DNA of 64,000 nt from Balanoglossus misakiensis (taxonomy: Eukaryota > Animalia > Hemichordata): NCBI GenBank assembly GCA_040954595.2, contig CM082586.2, forward strand, positions 10,137,337 through 10,201,336. The letters are read 5' to 3'. The notes below the pieces were generated by a model. That model worked only from the letters and a program-made list of their open reading frames with translations, was not told the origin of the DNA and made no database searches. The translations under genes were made by a program, and so were the position numbers. How positions within the stretch are numbered: position 1 is the first letter of the stretch; every line of letters begins with the position of its first letter. Below, piece by piece: positions 50,201 to 61,430 of this stretch.

Positions 50201-53200
50201 AAACGAGGATGTGTTTGGAAGCAACCATGGAAATTTTAGAAATATCCGTCGATATACAGAGACTAGTGGAAAACGTTCTTATGCGCATAGGCCTCTCTAT
50301 GTGTTCTGCGCATCACAACAGAATTTTGTAAACAAACGATGCTTTGTTTGGAAGCAACCATGGAAATTTTAGAACTATCCGTCGATCTACGGAGTCTAGT
50401 GGAAAAATTTCTTATGCGCATAGGCATATGTATGTGTTCTACGCATCACAACAGAATTTGGTAAATAAACGAGGCTGTTTGGAAGCAACCATGGAAATTT
50501 TAGAACTATCCGTCGATCTACAGAGTCTAGTGGAAAACGTTCTTATGCGCATAGGCCTATCTATGTATTATGCGCATCACAACAGAAATCGCTAAATAAA
50601 CGAGGCTGTATTTGGAAGCAACCATGTAAATTTTACAACTATCCGTCGATCTACAGAGTCTGGTGGAAAACTTTCTTATGCGCACAGGCCTATTACGTGT
50701 TCTGCGCCTAACAACAGAATTCGGTAAATAAACGAGGCTGCTTGGAAGCAACCATGGAAATTTAAGAACTATCCGTCGATCTACAGAGACTATAGTGGAA
50801 AAATGTTTTATGCGCATAGGCCTATCATGTGTTATGCACATCACAACAGAATTTTGTAAAGAAACGAGGCTTTGTTTGGAAGCAACAATTGAAATTTTAG
50901 AACTATCTCTCGATCTACGGAGTATAGTGGAAAACGTTCATATGCGCATAGGCCTATCTATGTGTTCTGAGCATCACAACAGAATTTTGTAAACAATCGA
51001 GGATGTGTTTGGAAGCAATCATGGAAATTTTAGAACAATCCGTCGATCTACAGAGTCTAGTGGGAAACTTTCTTATGCGCATAGGCATATGTATGTGTTC
51101 AGCGCATCACAACAGAATTTTGTAAATGAACGAGGCTGTGTTTGGAAACAACCATGGAAATTTTAGAACTTTCTCTCGATCTACAGAGTCTAGTGGAAAA
51201 CGTTCTTATGCGCATAGGCGTATCTATGTGTTATGCGCATCACAACAGAAATCGGTAAATAAACGAGGCTGTATTTGGAAGCAACCATGTAAATTTTACA
51301 ACTATCCGTCGATCTACAGAGTTTGGTGGAAAACTTTCTTATGCGCATAGGCCTATTACGTGTTCTGCGCCTAACAACAGAATTCGGTAAATAAACGAGG
51401 CTGTTTGGAAACAACCATGGAAATTTTAGAACTATCCGTCGATCTACAGAGTCTAGTGGAAAAACGTTCATGTGCGCATAGGCCTATCATGTGTTATGCA
51501 CATCACAACAAAATTTTGTAAACAAACGAGGCTTTGTTTGGAAGCAACAATGGAAATTTTAGAACTATCTGTCGATCTACGGAGTATAGTGGAAAACGTT
51601 CATATGCGCATAGGCCTATATATGTGTTCTGCGCATCACAACAGAATTTTGTAAACAATCGAGGATGTGTTTGGAAGCAATCATGGAAATTTTAGAACTA
51701 TCCGTCGATCTACAGAGTCTATAGTGGAAAACTTTCTTATGCACATATGCCTATCTATGTGTTCTGCGCCTCAAAACAGAATTCCGTAAATAAACGAGGC
51801 TGTTTGGAAGCAAACATGGAAATTCTAGAACTATCTCTCGATCTACAGAGTCTAGTGGAAAACGTTCATATATGCGCATAGGCCTATCATGTGTTATGCA
51901 CATCACAACAGAATTTTGTAAACAAACGAGGCTTTGTTTGGAAGCAACAATGGAAATTTTAGAACTATCTGTCGATCTACGGAGTATAGTGGAAAACGTT
52001 CATATGCGCATAGGCCTATATATGTGTTCTGCGCATCACAACAGAATTTTGTAAACAATCGAGGCTTTGTTTGGAAGCAACAATGGAAATTTTAGAACTA
52101 TCTGTCGATCTACGGAGTATAGTGGAAAACGTTCATATGCGCATAGGCCTATATATGTGTTCTGCGCATCACAACAGAATTTTGTAAACAAACGAGGCTT
52201 TGTTTGGAAGCAACAATGGAAATTTTAGAACTATCTCTCGATCTACAGAGTATAGTGGAAAACGTTCTTATGCGCATAGGCCTATCATGTGTTATGCACA
52301 TCACAACAGAATTTTGTAAACAATCGAGGATGTGTTTGGAAGCAATCATGGAAATTTTAGAACTATCCGTCGATCTACAGAGTCTAGTGGGAAACTTTCT
52401 TATGCGCATAGGCATATGTATGTGTTCAGCGCATCACAACAGAATTTTGTAAATGAACGAGGCTGTGTTTGGAAACAACTATGGAAATTTTAGAACTATC
52501 TCTCGATCTACAGAGTCTAGTGTAAAACTTTATTATGCACATAGGCCTATCTATGTATTATGCGCATCACAACAGAAATCGCTAAATAAACGAGGCTGTA
52601 TTTGGAAGCAACCATGTAAATTTTACAACTATCCGTCGATCTACAGAGTCTGGTGGAAAACTTTCTTATGCGCATAGGCCTATTACGTGTTCTGCGCCTA
52701 ACAACAGAATTCGGTAAATAAACGAGGCTGTTTGGAAGCAACCATGGAAATTTTTGAACTATCCGTCGATCTACAGAGTCTAGTGGAAAAATGTCTTAAG
52801 CGCATAGGCCTATCGTGTGTTCTGCGCCTCACAACATAATTCCGTAAATAAACGAGGCTGTTTGGAAGCAACCGTGGAAATTTTAGAACTATCTCTCGAT
52901 CTACAGAGTATAGTGGAAAACGTTCATATGCGCATAGGCCTATCATGTGTTATGCACATCACAACATAATTTTGTAAACAAACGAGGCTTTGTTTGGAAG
53001 CAACAATGAAAATTTTAGAACTATCTGTCGATCTACGGAGTATAGTGGAAAACGTTCATATGCGCATAGGCCTATATATATGTTCTGCGCATCACAACAG
53101 AATTTTGTAAACAATCGAGGCTTTGTTTGGAAGCAACAATGGAAATTTTAGAACTATCTGTCGATCTACGGAGTATAGTGGAAAACGTTCATATGCGCAT

Positions 53201-56200
53201 AGGCCTATATATGTGTTCTGCGCATCACAACAGAATTTTGTAAACAAACGAGGCTTTGTTTGGAAGCAACAATGGAAATTTTAGAACTATCTCTCGATCT
53301 ACTGAGTATAGTGGAAAACGTTCATATGCGCATAGGCCTATCATGTGTTATGCACATCACAACATAATTTTGTAAACAAACGAGGCTTTGTTTGGAAGCA
53401 ACCGTGGAAATTTTAGAACTATCTCTCGATCTACAGAGTATAGTGGAAAACGTTCATATGCGCATAGGCCTATCATGTGTTATGCACATCACAACATAAT
53501 TTTGTAAACAAACGAGGCTTTGTTTGGAAGCAACCGTGGAAATTTTAGAACTATCTCTCGATCTACAGAGTATAGTGGGAAACGTTCATATGCGCATATG
53601 CTATCATGTGTTATGCACATCACAACATAATTTTGTAAACAAACGAGGCTTTGTTTGGAAGCAACATTGGAAATTTTAGGACTATCTGTCGATCTACGGA
53701 GTATAGTGGAAAACGTTCATATGCGCATAGGCCTATATATGTGTTCTGCGCATCACAACAGAATTTTGTAAATGAACGAGGCTGTGTTTGGAAACAACCA
53801 TGGAAATTTTAGAACTATCTCTCGATCTACAGTGTATAGTGGAAAACGTTCATATGCGCATAGGCCTATCATGTGTTATGCACATCACAACATAATTTTG
53901 TAAACAAACGAGGCTTTGTTTGGAAGCAACCGTGGAAATTTTAGAACTATCTCTCGATCTACAGAGTATAGTGGAAAACGTTCTTATGCGCATAGGCCTA
54001 TATATGTGTTCTGCGCATCACAACATAATTTTGTAAACAATCGAGGATGTGTTTGGAAGCAATCATGGAAATTTTAGAACTATCCGTCGATCTACAGAGT
54101 CTAGTGGGAAACTTTCTTATGCGCATAGGCATATGTATGTGTTCAGCGCATCACAACAGAATTTTGTAAATGAACGAGGCTGTGTTTGGAAACAACCATG
54201 GAAATTTTAGAACTATCTCTCGATCTACAGAGTCTAGTGGAAAACTTTATTATGCACATTTGCCTATCTATGTATTATGCGCATCACAACAGAAATCGCT
54301 AAATAAACGAGGCTGTATTTGGAAGCAACCATGTAAATTTTACAACTATCCGTCGATCTACAGAGTTTGGTGGAAAACTTTCTTATGCGCATAGGCCTAT
54401 TACGTGTTCTGCGCCTAACAACAGAATTCGGTAAATAAACGAGGCTGTTTGGAAGCAACCATGGAAATTTTAGAACTATCTCTCGATCTACAGTGTATAG
54501 TGGAAAACGTTCATATGCGCATAGGCCTATCATGTGTTATGCACATCACAACATAATTTTGTAAACAAACGAGGCTTTGTTTGGAAGCAACATTGGAAAT
54601 TTTAGAACTATCTGTCGATCTACGGAGTATAGTGGAAAACGTTCATATGCGCATAGGCCTATATATGTGTTCTGCGCATCACAACAGAATTTTGTAAACA
54701 ATCGAGGATGTGTTTGGAAGCAATCATGGAAATTTTAGAACTATCCGTCGATCTACAGAGTCTAGTGGGAAACTTTCTTATGCGCATAGGCATATGTATG
54801 TGTTCAGCGCATCACAAAAGAATTTTGTAAATGAACGAGGCTGTGTTTGGAAACAACCATGGAAATTTTAGAACTATCTCTCGATCTACAGAGTCTAGTG
54901 GAAAACTTTATTATGCACATAGGCCTATTACGTGTTCTGCGCATCACAACAGAAATCGGTAAATAAACGAGGCTGTATTTGGAAGCAACCATGTAAATTT
55001 TACAACTATCCGTCGATCTACAGAGTCTGGTGGAAAACTTTCTTATGCGCATAGGCCTATTACGTGTTCTGCGCCTCACAACAGAAATCGGTAAATAAAC
55101 GAGGCTGTTTGGAAGCAACCATGTAAATTTTAGAACTATCCGTCGATCTACAGAGTCTAGTGGAAAAACGTTCATGTGCGCATAGGCCTATCATGTGTTA
55201 TGCACATCACAACAGAATTTTGTAAACAAACGAGGCTTTGTTTGGAAGCAACAATGGAAATTTTAGAACTATCTGTCGATCTACGGAGTATAGTGGAAAA
55301 CGTTCATATGCGCATAGGCCTATATATGTGTTCTGCGCATCACAACAGAATTTTTTAAACAATCGAGGATGTGTTTGGAAGCAATCATGGAAATTTTAGA
55401 ACTATCCGTCGATCTACAGAGTCTAGTGGGAAACTTTATTATGCGCATAGGCCTATTACGTGCTCTGCGCCTCACAACAGAATTCGGTAAATAAACGAGG
55501 CTGTTTGGAAGCAACCATGGAAATTTTAGAACTATCCGTCGATCTACAGAGTCTAGTGGAAAAATGTCTTATGCGCATAGGCCTATCATGTGTTCTGCGC
55601 CTCACAACAGAAATCGGTAAATAAACGAGGCTGTTTGGAAGCAACCATGGAAATTGTACAACTATCTGTCGATCTACATAGTCTAGTGGAAAACGTTCTT
55701 ATGCGCATAGGCCTATCTATGTGTTATGCGCATCACAACAGAAATCGGTAAATAAACGAGGCTGTATTTGGAAGCAATCATGAAATTTTACAACTATCCG
55801 TCGATCTACAGAGTCTGGTGGAAAACTTCCTTATGCGCATAGACCTATTACGTGTTCTGCGCCTCACAACAGAATTCGGTAAATAAACGATGCTGTTTGG
55901 AAGCAACCATGGAAATTGTACAACTATCCGTCGATCTACAGAGTCTAGTGGAAAACGTTCTTATGCGCATAGGCCTATCTATGTGTTATGCGCATCACAA
56001 CAGAAATCGGTAAATAAACGAGGCTGTGTTTGGAAGCATCCATGGACATTTTAGAACTATCTCTCGATCTACAGAGTCTATAGTGGAAAACTTTCTTATG
56101 CACATATGCCTATCTATGTGTTCTGCGCCTCACAACAGAAATCGGTAAATAAACGAGGCTGTTTAAAAGCAACCATGGAAATTTTACAGCTATCCGTCGA

Positions 56201-58284
56201 TCTACAGAGTCTAGTGGAAACGTTCTTATGCGCATAGGCCTATATATGTGTTCTGCGTATCACAACAGAATTTTGTAAACAAACGAGGCTGTGTTTGGAA
56301 GCAACCATGGACATTTTAGAACTATCTCTCGATCTACAGAGTCTATAGTGGAAAACTTTCTTATGCACATATGCCTATCTATGTGTTCTGCGCCTCACAA
56401 CAGAATTCGGTAAATAAACGAGGCTGTTTGGAAGCAACCATGGAAATTTTACAACTATCCGTCGATCTACAGAGTCTAGTGGAAAACGTTATTATGCGCA
56501 TAGGCCTATATATGTGTTCTGCGCATCACAACAGAATTTTGTAAACAAACGAGGCTGTGTTTGGAAGCAACCATGGAAATTTTAGAACTATCTCTCGATC
56601 TACAGAGTCTAGTGGAAAACTTTATTATGCACATATGCCTATCTATGTGTTCTGCGCATCACAACAGAAATCGGTAAATAAACGAGGCTGTTTGGAAGCA
56701 ACCATGGAAATTTTACAACTATCCGTCGATCTACAGAGTCTAGTGGAAAAATGTCTTATGCGCATAGGCCTATCATGTGTTCTGTGCCTCACAACAGAAA
56801 TAGGTAAATAAACGAGGCTGTTTGGAAGCAACCATGGAAATTGTACAACTATCCGTCGATCTACAGAGTCTAGTGGAAAACGTTCTTATGCGCATAGGCC
56901 TATCTATGTGTTATGCGCATCACAACAGAAATCGGTAAATAAACGAGGCTGTGTTTGGAAGCAACCATGGAAATTTTAGAACTATCTCTCGATCTACAGA
57001 GTCTAGTGGAAAACTTTATTATGCACATATGCCTATCTATGTGTTCTGCGCATCACAACAGAAATCGGTAAATAAACGAGGCTGTTTGGAAGCAACCATG
57101 GAAATTTTACAACTATCCGTCGATCTACAGAGTCTAGTGGAAAAATGTCTTATGCGCATAGGCCTATCATGTGTTCTGTGCCTCACAACAGAAATAGGTA
57201 AATAAACGAGGCTGTTTGGAAGCAACCATGGAAATTGTACAACTATCCGTCGATCTACAGAGTCTAGTGGAAAACGTTCTTATGCGCATAGGCCTATCTA
57301 TGTGTTATGCGCATCACAACAGAAATCGGTAAATAAACGAGGCTGTATTTGGAAGCAACCATGAAATTTTACAACTATCCGTCGATCTACAGAGTCTGGT
57401 GGAAAACTTCCTTATGCGCATAGACCTATTACGTGTTCTGCGCCTCACAACAGAATTCGGTAAATAAACGAGGCTGTTTGGAAGCAACCATGGACATTGT
57501 ACAACTATCCGTCGATCTACAAAGTCTAGTGGAAAACGTTCTTATGCGCATAGGCCTATCTATGTGTTATGCGCATCACAACAGAAATCGCTAAATAAAC
57601 GAGGCTGTATTTGGAAGCAACCATGAAATTTTACAACTATCTGTCGATCTACGGAGTATAGTGGAAAACGTTCATATGCGCATAGGCCTATATATGTGTT
57701 CTGCGCATCACAACAGAATTTTGTAAACAATCGAGGATGTGTTTGGAAGCAATCATGGAAATTTTAGAACTATCCGTCGATCTACAGAGTCTAGTGGGAA
57801 ACTTTCTTATGCGCATAGGCATATGTATGTGTTCAGCGCATCACAACAGAATTTTGTAAATGAACGAGGCTGTGTTTGGAAACAACCATGGAAATTTTAG
57901 AACTATCTCTCGATCTAAAGTTGAAAAGTTTCTTATGCGCATAGGCCTATTACGTGTTCTGCGCCTCACAACAGAATTCGGTAAATAAACGAGGCTGTTT
58001 GGAAGCAACAATGGAAATTTTAGAACTATCCGTCGATCTACGGAGTATAGTGGAAAACGTTCATATGCGCATAGGCCTATATATGTGTTCTGCGCATCAC
58101 AACAGAATTTTGTAAACAATCGAGGATGTGTTTGGAAGCAATCATGGAAATTTTAGAACTATCCGTCGATCTACAGAGTCTAGTGGGAAACTTTCTTATG
58201 CGCATAGGCATATGTATGTGTTCAGCGCATCACAACAGAATTTTGTAAATGAACGAGGCTGTGTTTGGAAACAACCATGGAAAT
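29204..58284. repeat. ~132-bp satellite array (~220 monomers, 29 kb) with higher-order repeats
   Basis: Monomer TTTGGAAGCAACCATGGAAATTTTAGAACTATCCGTCGATCTACAGAGTCTAGTGGAAAACGTTCTTATGCGCATAGGCCTATCTATGTGTTCTGCGCATCACAACAGAATT..GTAAA.AAACGAGG.TG. Recurrent 527-bp (4-mer) spacing. Confidence 0.98.
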
Positions 58285-58926
58285 TGTAACGGCCTTGTTG
58301 ATCCATTGAATTTGTATACATGTATATCTGTATGTATGTTATACCTGTATCTTATAGTAATTAGTTATTCAATTATTCATATGACGTAATAGTACTTACC
58401 TTCAATTGGTTGATCTTAATTATATGCAAACCACCTGGAAGTTTCATTTGACCAATGAACACAAGCTAATCTGGCACTATGATGTAATTGCTGATATAAA
58501 AGGACATGGTGCATAAAATTGGTCAGTTCACCTCTGTAGCCAGACCGGCCACACACGTTGGAACTGACATGTATTTGTTCCATTTCAGGTTAGTTTCCTT
58601 GTACCTTACCTGTTGCTTGAAGCTTTGTATTTTGGTGCATTCTACCGACTCATTTCAGCACAAGTAATTGGTGTCTTTAACTTGCGTCAATTTTCCAATT
58701 GTATGTCTATATTTTTCACTTGCATGAATTTTGGTGTATTCTGTTGGAGGTGAACTCCCATACATGTGTGTAATTTAGCAGTTCACCTCTGTAGCCAGAC
58801 CGGCCACACACGTTGGAACTGACATGTATTTGTTCCATTTCAGTTATTAAATGTAAGGCCTATGTCTTTGTTACCCGTAACCTGTTTGGTGTGAATATGT
58901 TGGAATGAACGGCGACAACCGTGACA
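58285..58926 (+). repeat. 5' LTR (642 bp)
   Basis: TGTAACGG...CCGTGACA ends (7/8 inverted match), followed 2 nt later by the PBS. The 3' LTR is outside the window. Confidence 0.85.
58452..58528 (+). promoter_or_regulatory. Putative LTR core promoter (CCAAT, TATA, Inr)
   Basis: CCAAT at 58452, TATAAAAG at 58495 and TCAGTT at 58523 with canonical TATA-Inr spacing; ATTAAA at 58846 is a candidate poly(A) signal. Confidence 0.6.
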
Positions 58927-58928
58927 AA

Positions 58929-58947
58929 TGGCGTAGTCGGCAGGATT
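58929..58947 (+). other. Primer-binding site complementary to the tRNA-Ser 3' end
   Basis: TGGCGTAGTCGGCAGGATT is the reverse complement of AATCCTGCCGACTACGCCA, the 3' end of animal tRNA-Ser (AGA-type). Confidence 0.9.
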
Positions 58948-59999
58948 TGGCAATTCCTACGCAAGTTCTTGTTTCGGGACGGAGAGGATGATACTGACAA
59001 GTGCCATGTTTTAACTGGTCAGAAGTGTCTGGACAACGGACAACGCCCAACCAGGTGTGTCTTTCGCTGAGCTGGACGTCCTTGGGGAGCCAACCGGACT
59101 GCAGACAGACGGGAGCCAGGTCCAAGCGTCAACGGCGAGGAAAATTCTCTGCAGAGTGCCAAGTGGTGAAGTCGCTGAACTGTTACCGGCCGGAACTGTT
59201 TAGTGTGAAGTGTTCATCGCGGTATACAAGGTATTGTGTGTCCAGAACTTGACAGTGTTATTCCGTGCGAACTATAGACAGTGCGCATAAATTCCGTCCG
59301 TGGCGCATAGTTTCCATCTGTGATAACTTCGGACTTGAACTTGTGGACTGGGTATTTTATTGCAAACGAACTTTCTGGTTATTCGCCGTAGAACCTGGTG
59401 TAACGTAATGTTTGTAAATTTTTCTTAGAAATTTCAATATTGTCTATATAATGCAATGTGGTCAAAGTAGTTTTGACTTTGATTTAATTGTTGAAGTGGG
59501 CTCCATGTGGATATAAACCCATGTTTTGTTGCCTTTAGCCTGCTTTAAAAAAAAAAAAAAAATTATTTTCTTTCAACAGTATATTTTGGTTAAGTGCTGA
59601 AGTATAAATTTTCTTTGTAAATTTCAGTTCATTATTTTCCAAACGACGTGAAAAAAAAATTGTCAGCGCTTGTTGAAAAAAAAAAATATTAAGTTATAAG
59701 TTAAATATTGTATATTGACTTGAGTTAGTTTATTATTGTATTAGTTATTTAGTTGTTTCATTATTATTGAGACTGTCCATGAATGGTCGTATTCATCCAA
59801 ATCATACATTAGTCTCTATAGAACCTTTGGCAGTGTCTGTAAACTATTCTATGCTTAGTCCATTCCCTGTTAACGTATGTGCTATGCCAGTAGATACTGA
59901 TATTAGTGTTAAGATTTTCCAGTGAAATAGCTTGCATTGCATCGTATTTAACGACACGTCAGAATCCTCCCAAATTGCCTTTCATTTTCTGGGGAAAAA

Positions 60000-61424
60000 A
60001 TGGCTGTGTCCAAAATATCAATTCAAGAGCGAAGCATTTATGTGCAACACTTGCCTTTTGAATGTACAAAGAAACATTTTAGAGAATTTATCGAGTTACA
60101 GCTTGGTTTGGCCCAGGTTGATCAAATTTATATTTCTGATAAAGATTCCGCTTTTGTCATATTTGAGAATATAGAATCAGCCACAGCCGCTCTGCCAGTA
60201 ATACATAAAAGCACTTTTGAAGAAAGCAAATTACGGGCAAGTCGTGTGACCACAGCCCGAGGGTTGGAACTGTGGCATTTAATTGAGGAAACCGAACAAA
60301 GTACTGGCCTAGATTACAATGAAACCAGTGATCCCAAGACATCCAAACCCAAAGCAGATGTACAGGAAATTATTAACATGTTGAGTTTACTGTCTGAAGC
60401 AGATAGGAAAGCGGTTGCACAGGCCATATCACCTGCTCCACTGAAACCAATCGTATCAACCCCTATGCCACATCCGATTCCATTTCCAGCATTTCCAGTA
60501 CCAACTTCAGTTGCAGATTCTTCACCATTTATTATGTCTTCACCTGCCCAAGCAGCTGCTGCACAGCCAGCCACAGCCACTACTGCTTTTCACTCGGTGG
60601 AATTCCCAAGAATAGTCGTCTTCTCTGGCAAAGGTGATGTCACTTATGAAATGTGGCGATATGAAGTTCGAGCACTACAGAGGGAGAATGTGTTTCCGGA
60701 GACCATAATTATGCAGGCTGTTCGGAAATCCCTACGAGCGTCCGCTGCTGAAGTCCTACTACATATGGGAGAAGACATCACAGTGTCCCGATTGATGGCG
60801 AAGATGAACATGGTCTTTGGGAAAGTATTGCCACCGGAAGCAGTTTTGGAAAAATTCTATACAGCACGACAAACGAAGACAGAAAAGGTAGCAGAATGGG
60901 CCTGTCGCATCGAAGGACTTTTGGATGAACTCAGATCAGGTCAGTCCATCTCTAGTAATTCAGAAGAAACCATGCTTCGAACCAAATTCTTTTCTGGCCT
61001 GTCAGATGAGCACATTAAGAATGCAATCAGACACCGATATGATACGGGAGAAGATTATTCAGGATTGTTGCTAGCCGCAAGAAAGCTTGAAGTAAATAGG
61101 GAGACCACTACCAGGGTTCACCAAGCAACTGTTGCTGACAAGACGATGATAACCAAATTGGAGGAACTTACCAAAGGTCTGAAGAACTTAGCTGAGAAGG
61201 TTGCTGAACTAGAGAAGCGAACTTCAACATCATCAACTCCAGAGTCTACTTTTCGCCGACGTGTCAACAATGAAAATGGCCGGGATCGGCGTGGCAACGA
61301 TGGAACTCGCCAACCCAAACAAGTTTTCCCAGGCAACTGCTTCAAGTGTGGTGAACATGGACACAAAAAGACAGACTGTCCTTTAAATGGGGAGCGACCA
61401 GGCATCCGGAGGGACATGCGCTAG
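60000..61424 (+). CDS. gag: Gag: N-terminal RRM-like domain, PNMA-like capsid, CCHC zinc knuckle
   Basis: 474 aa with IYVQHLP / SAFVIF (RNP2/RNP1-like), FSGKGDVTYEMWRYEV, FYTARQTKTEKVAEWACRIE and CFKCGEHGHKKTDC. Confidence 0.93.
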   Translation: MAVSKISIQERSIYVQHLPFECTKKHFREFIELQLGLAQVDQIYISDKDSAFVIFENIESATAALPVIHKSTFEESKLRASRVTTARGLELWHLIEETEQSTGLDYNETSDPKTSKPKADVQEIINMLSLLSEADRKAVAQAISPAPLKPIVSTPMPHPIPFPAFPVPTSVADSSPFIMSSPAQAAAAQPATATTAFHSVEFPRIVVFSGKGDVTYEMWRYEVRALQRENVFPETIIMQAVRKSLRASAAEVLLHMGEDITVSRLMAKMNMVFGKVLPPEAVLEKFYTARQTKTEKVAEWACRIEGLLDELRSGQSISSNSEETMLRTKFFSGLSDEHIKNAIRHRYDTGEDYSGLLLAARKLEVNRETTTRVHQATVADKTMITKLEELTKGLKNLAEKVAELEKRTSTSSTPESTFRRRVNNENGRDRRGNDGTRQPKQVFPGNCFKCGEHGHKKTDCPLNGERPGIRRDMR

Positions 61425-61430
61425 GTCGGA
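61382..61430 (+). promoter_or_regulatory. -1 programmed ribosomal frameshift signal
   Basis: Slippery heptamer T TTA AAT (61382-61388) in the gag frame, then a stem-loop CGACC..GCAT/ATGC..GGTCG; pol is open in the -1 frame. Confidence 0.8.

Noticed and set aside
29204-58284. Dozens of repeated 60-140-aa ORFs (MFGSNHGNFRT...) as a gene family, or the array as CRISPR
   Set aside because: These are translations of satellite monomers with shifting frames and frequent stops. There are no unique spacers or cas genes, and the context is eukaryotic.
58929-58947. tRNA-Ser gene fragment
   Set aside because: Only 19 nt, includes the complement of the post-transcriptional CCA and sits 2 nt after the LTR, so it is a PBS.
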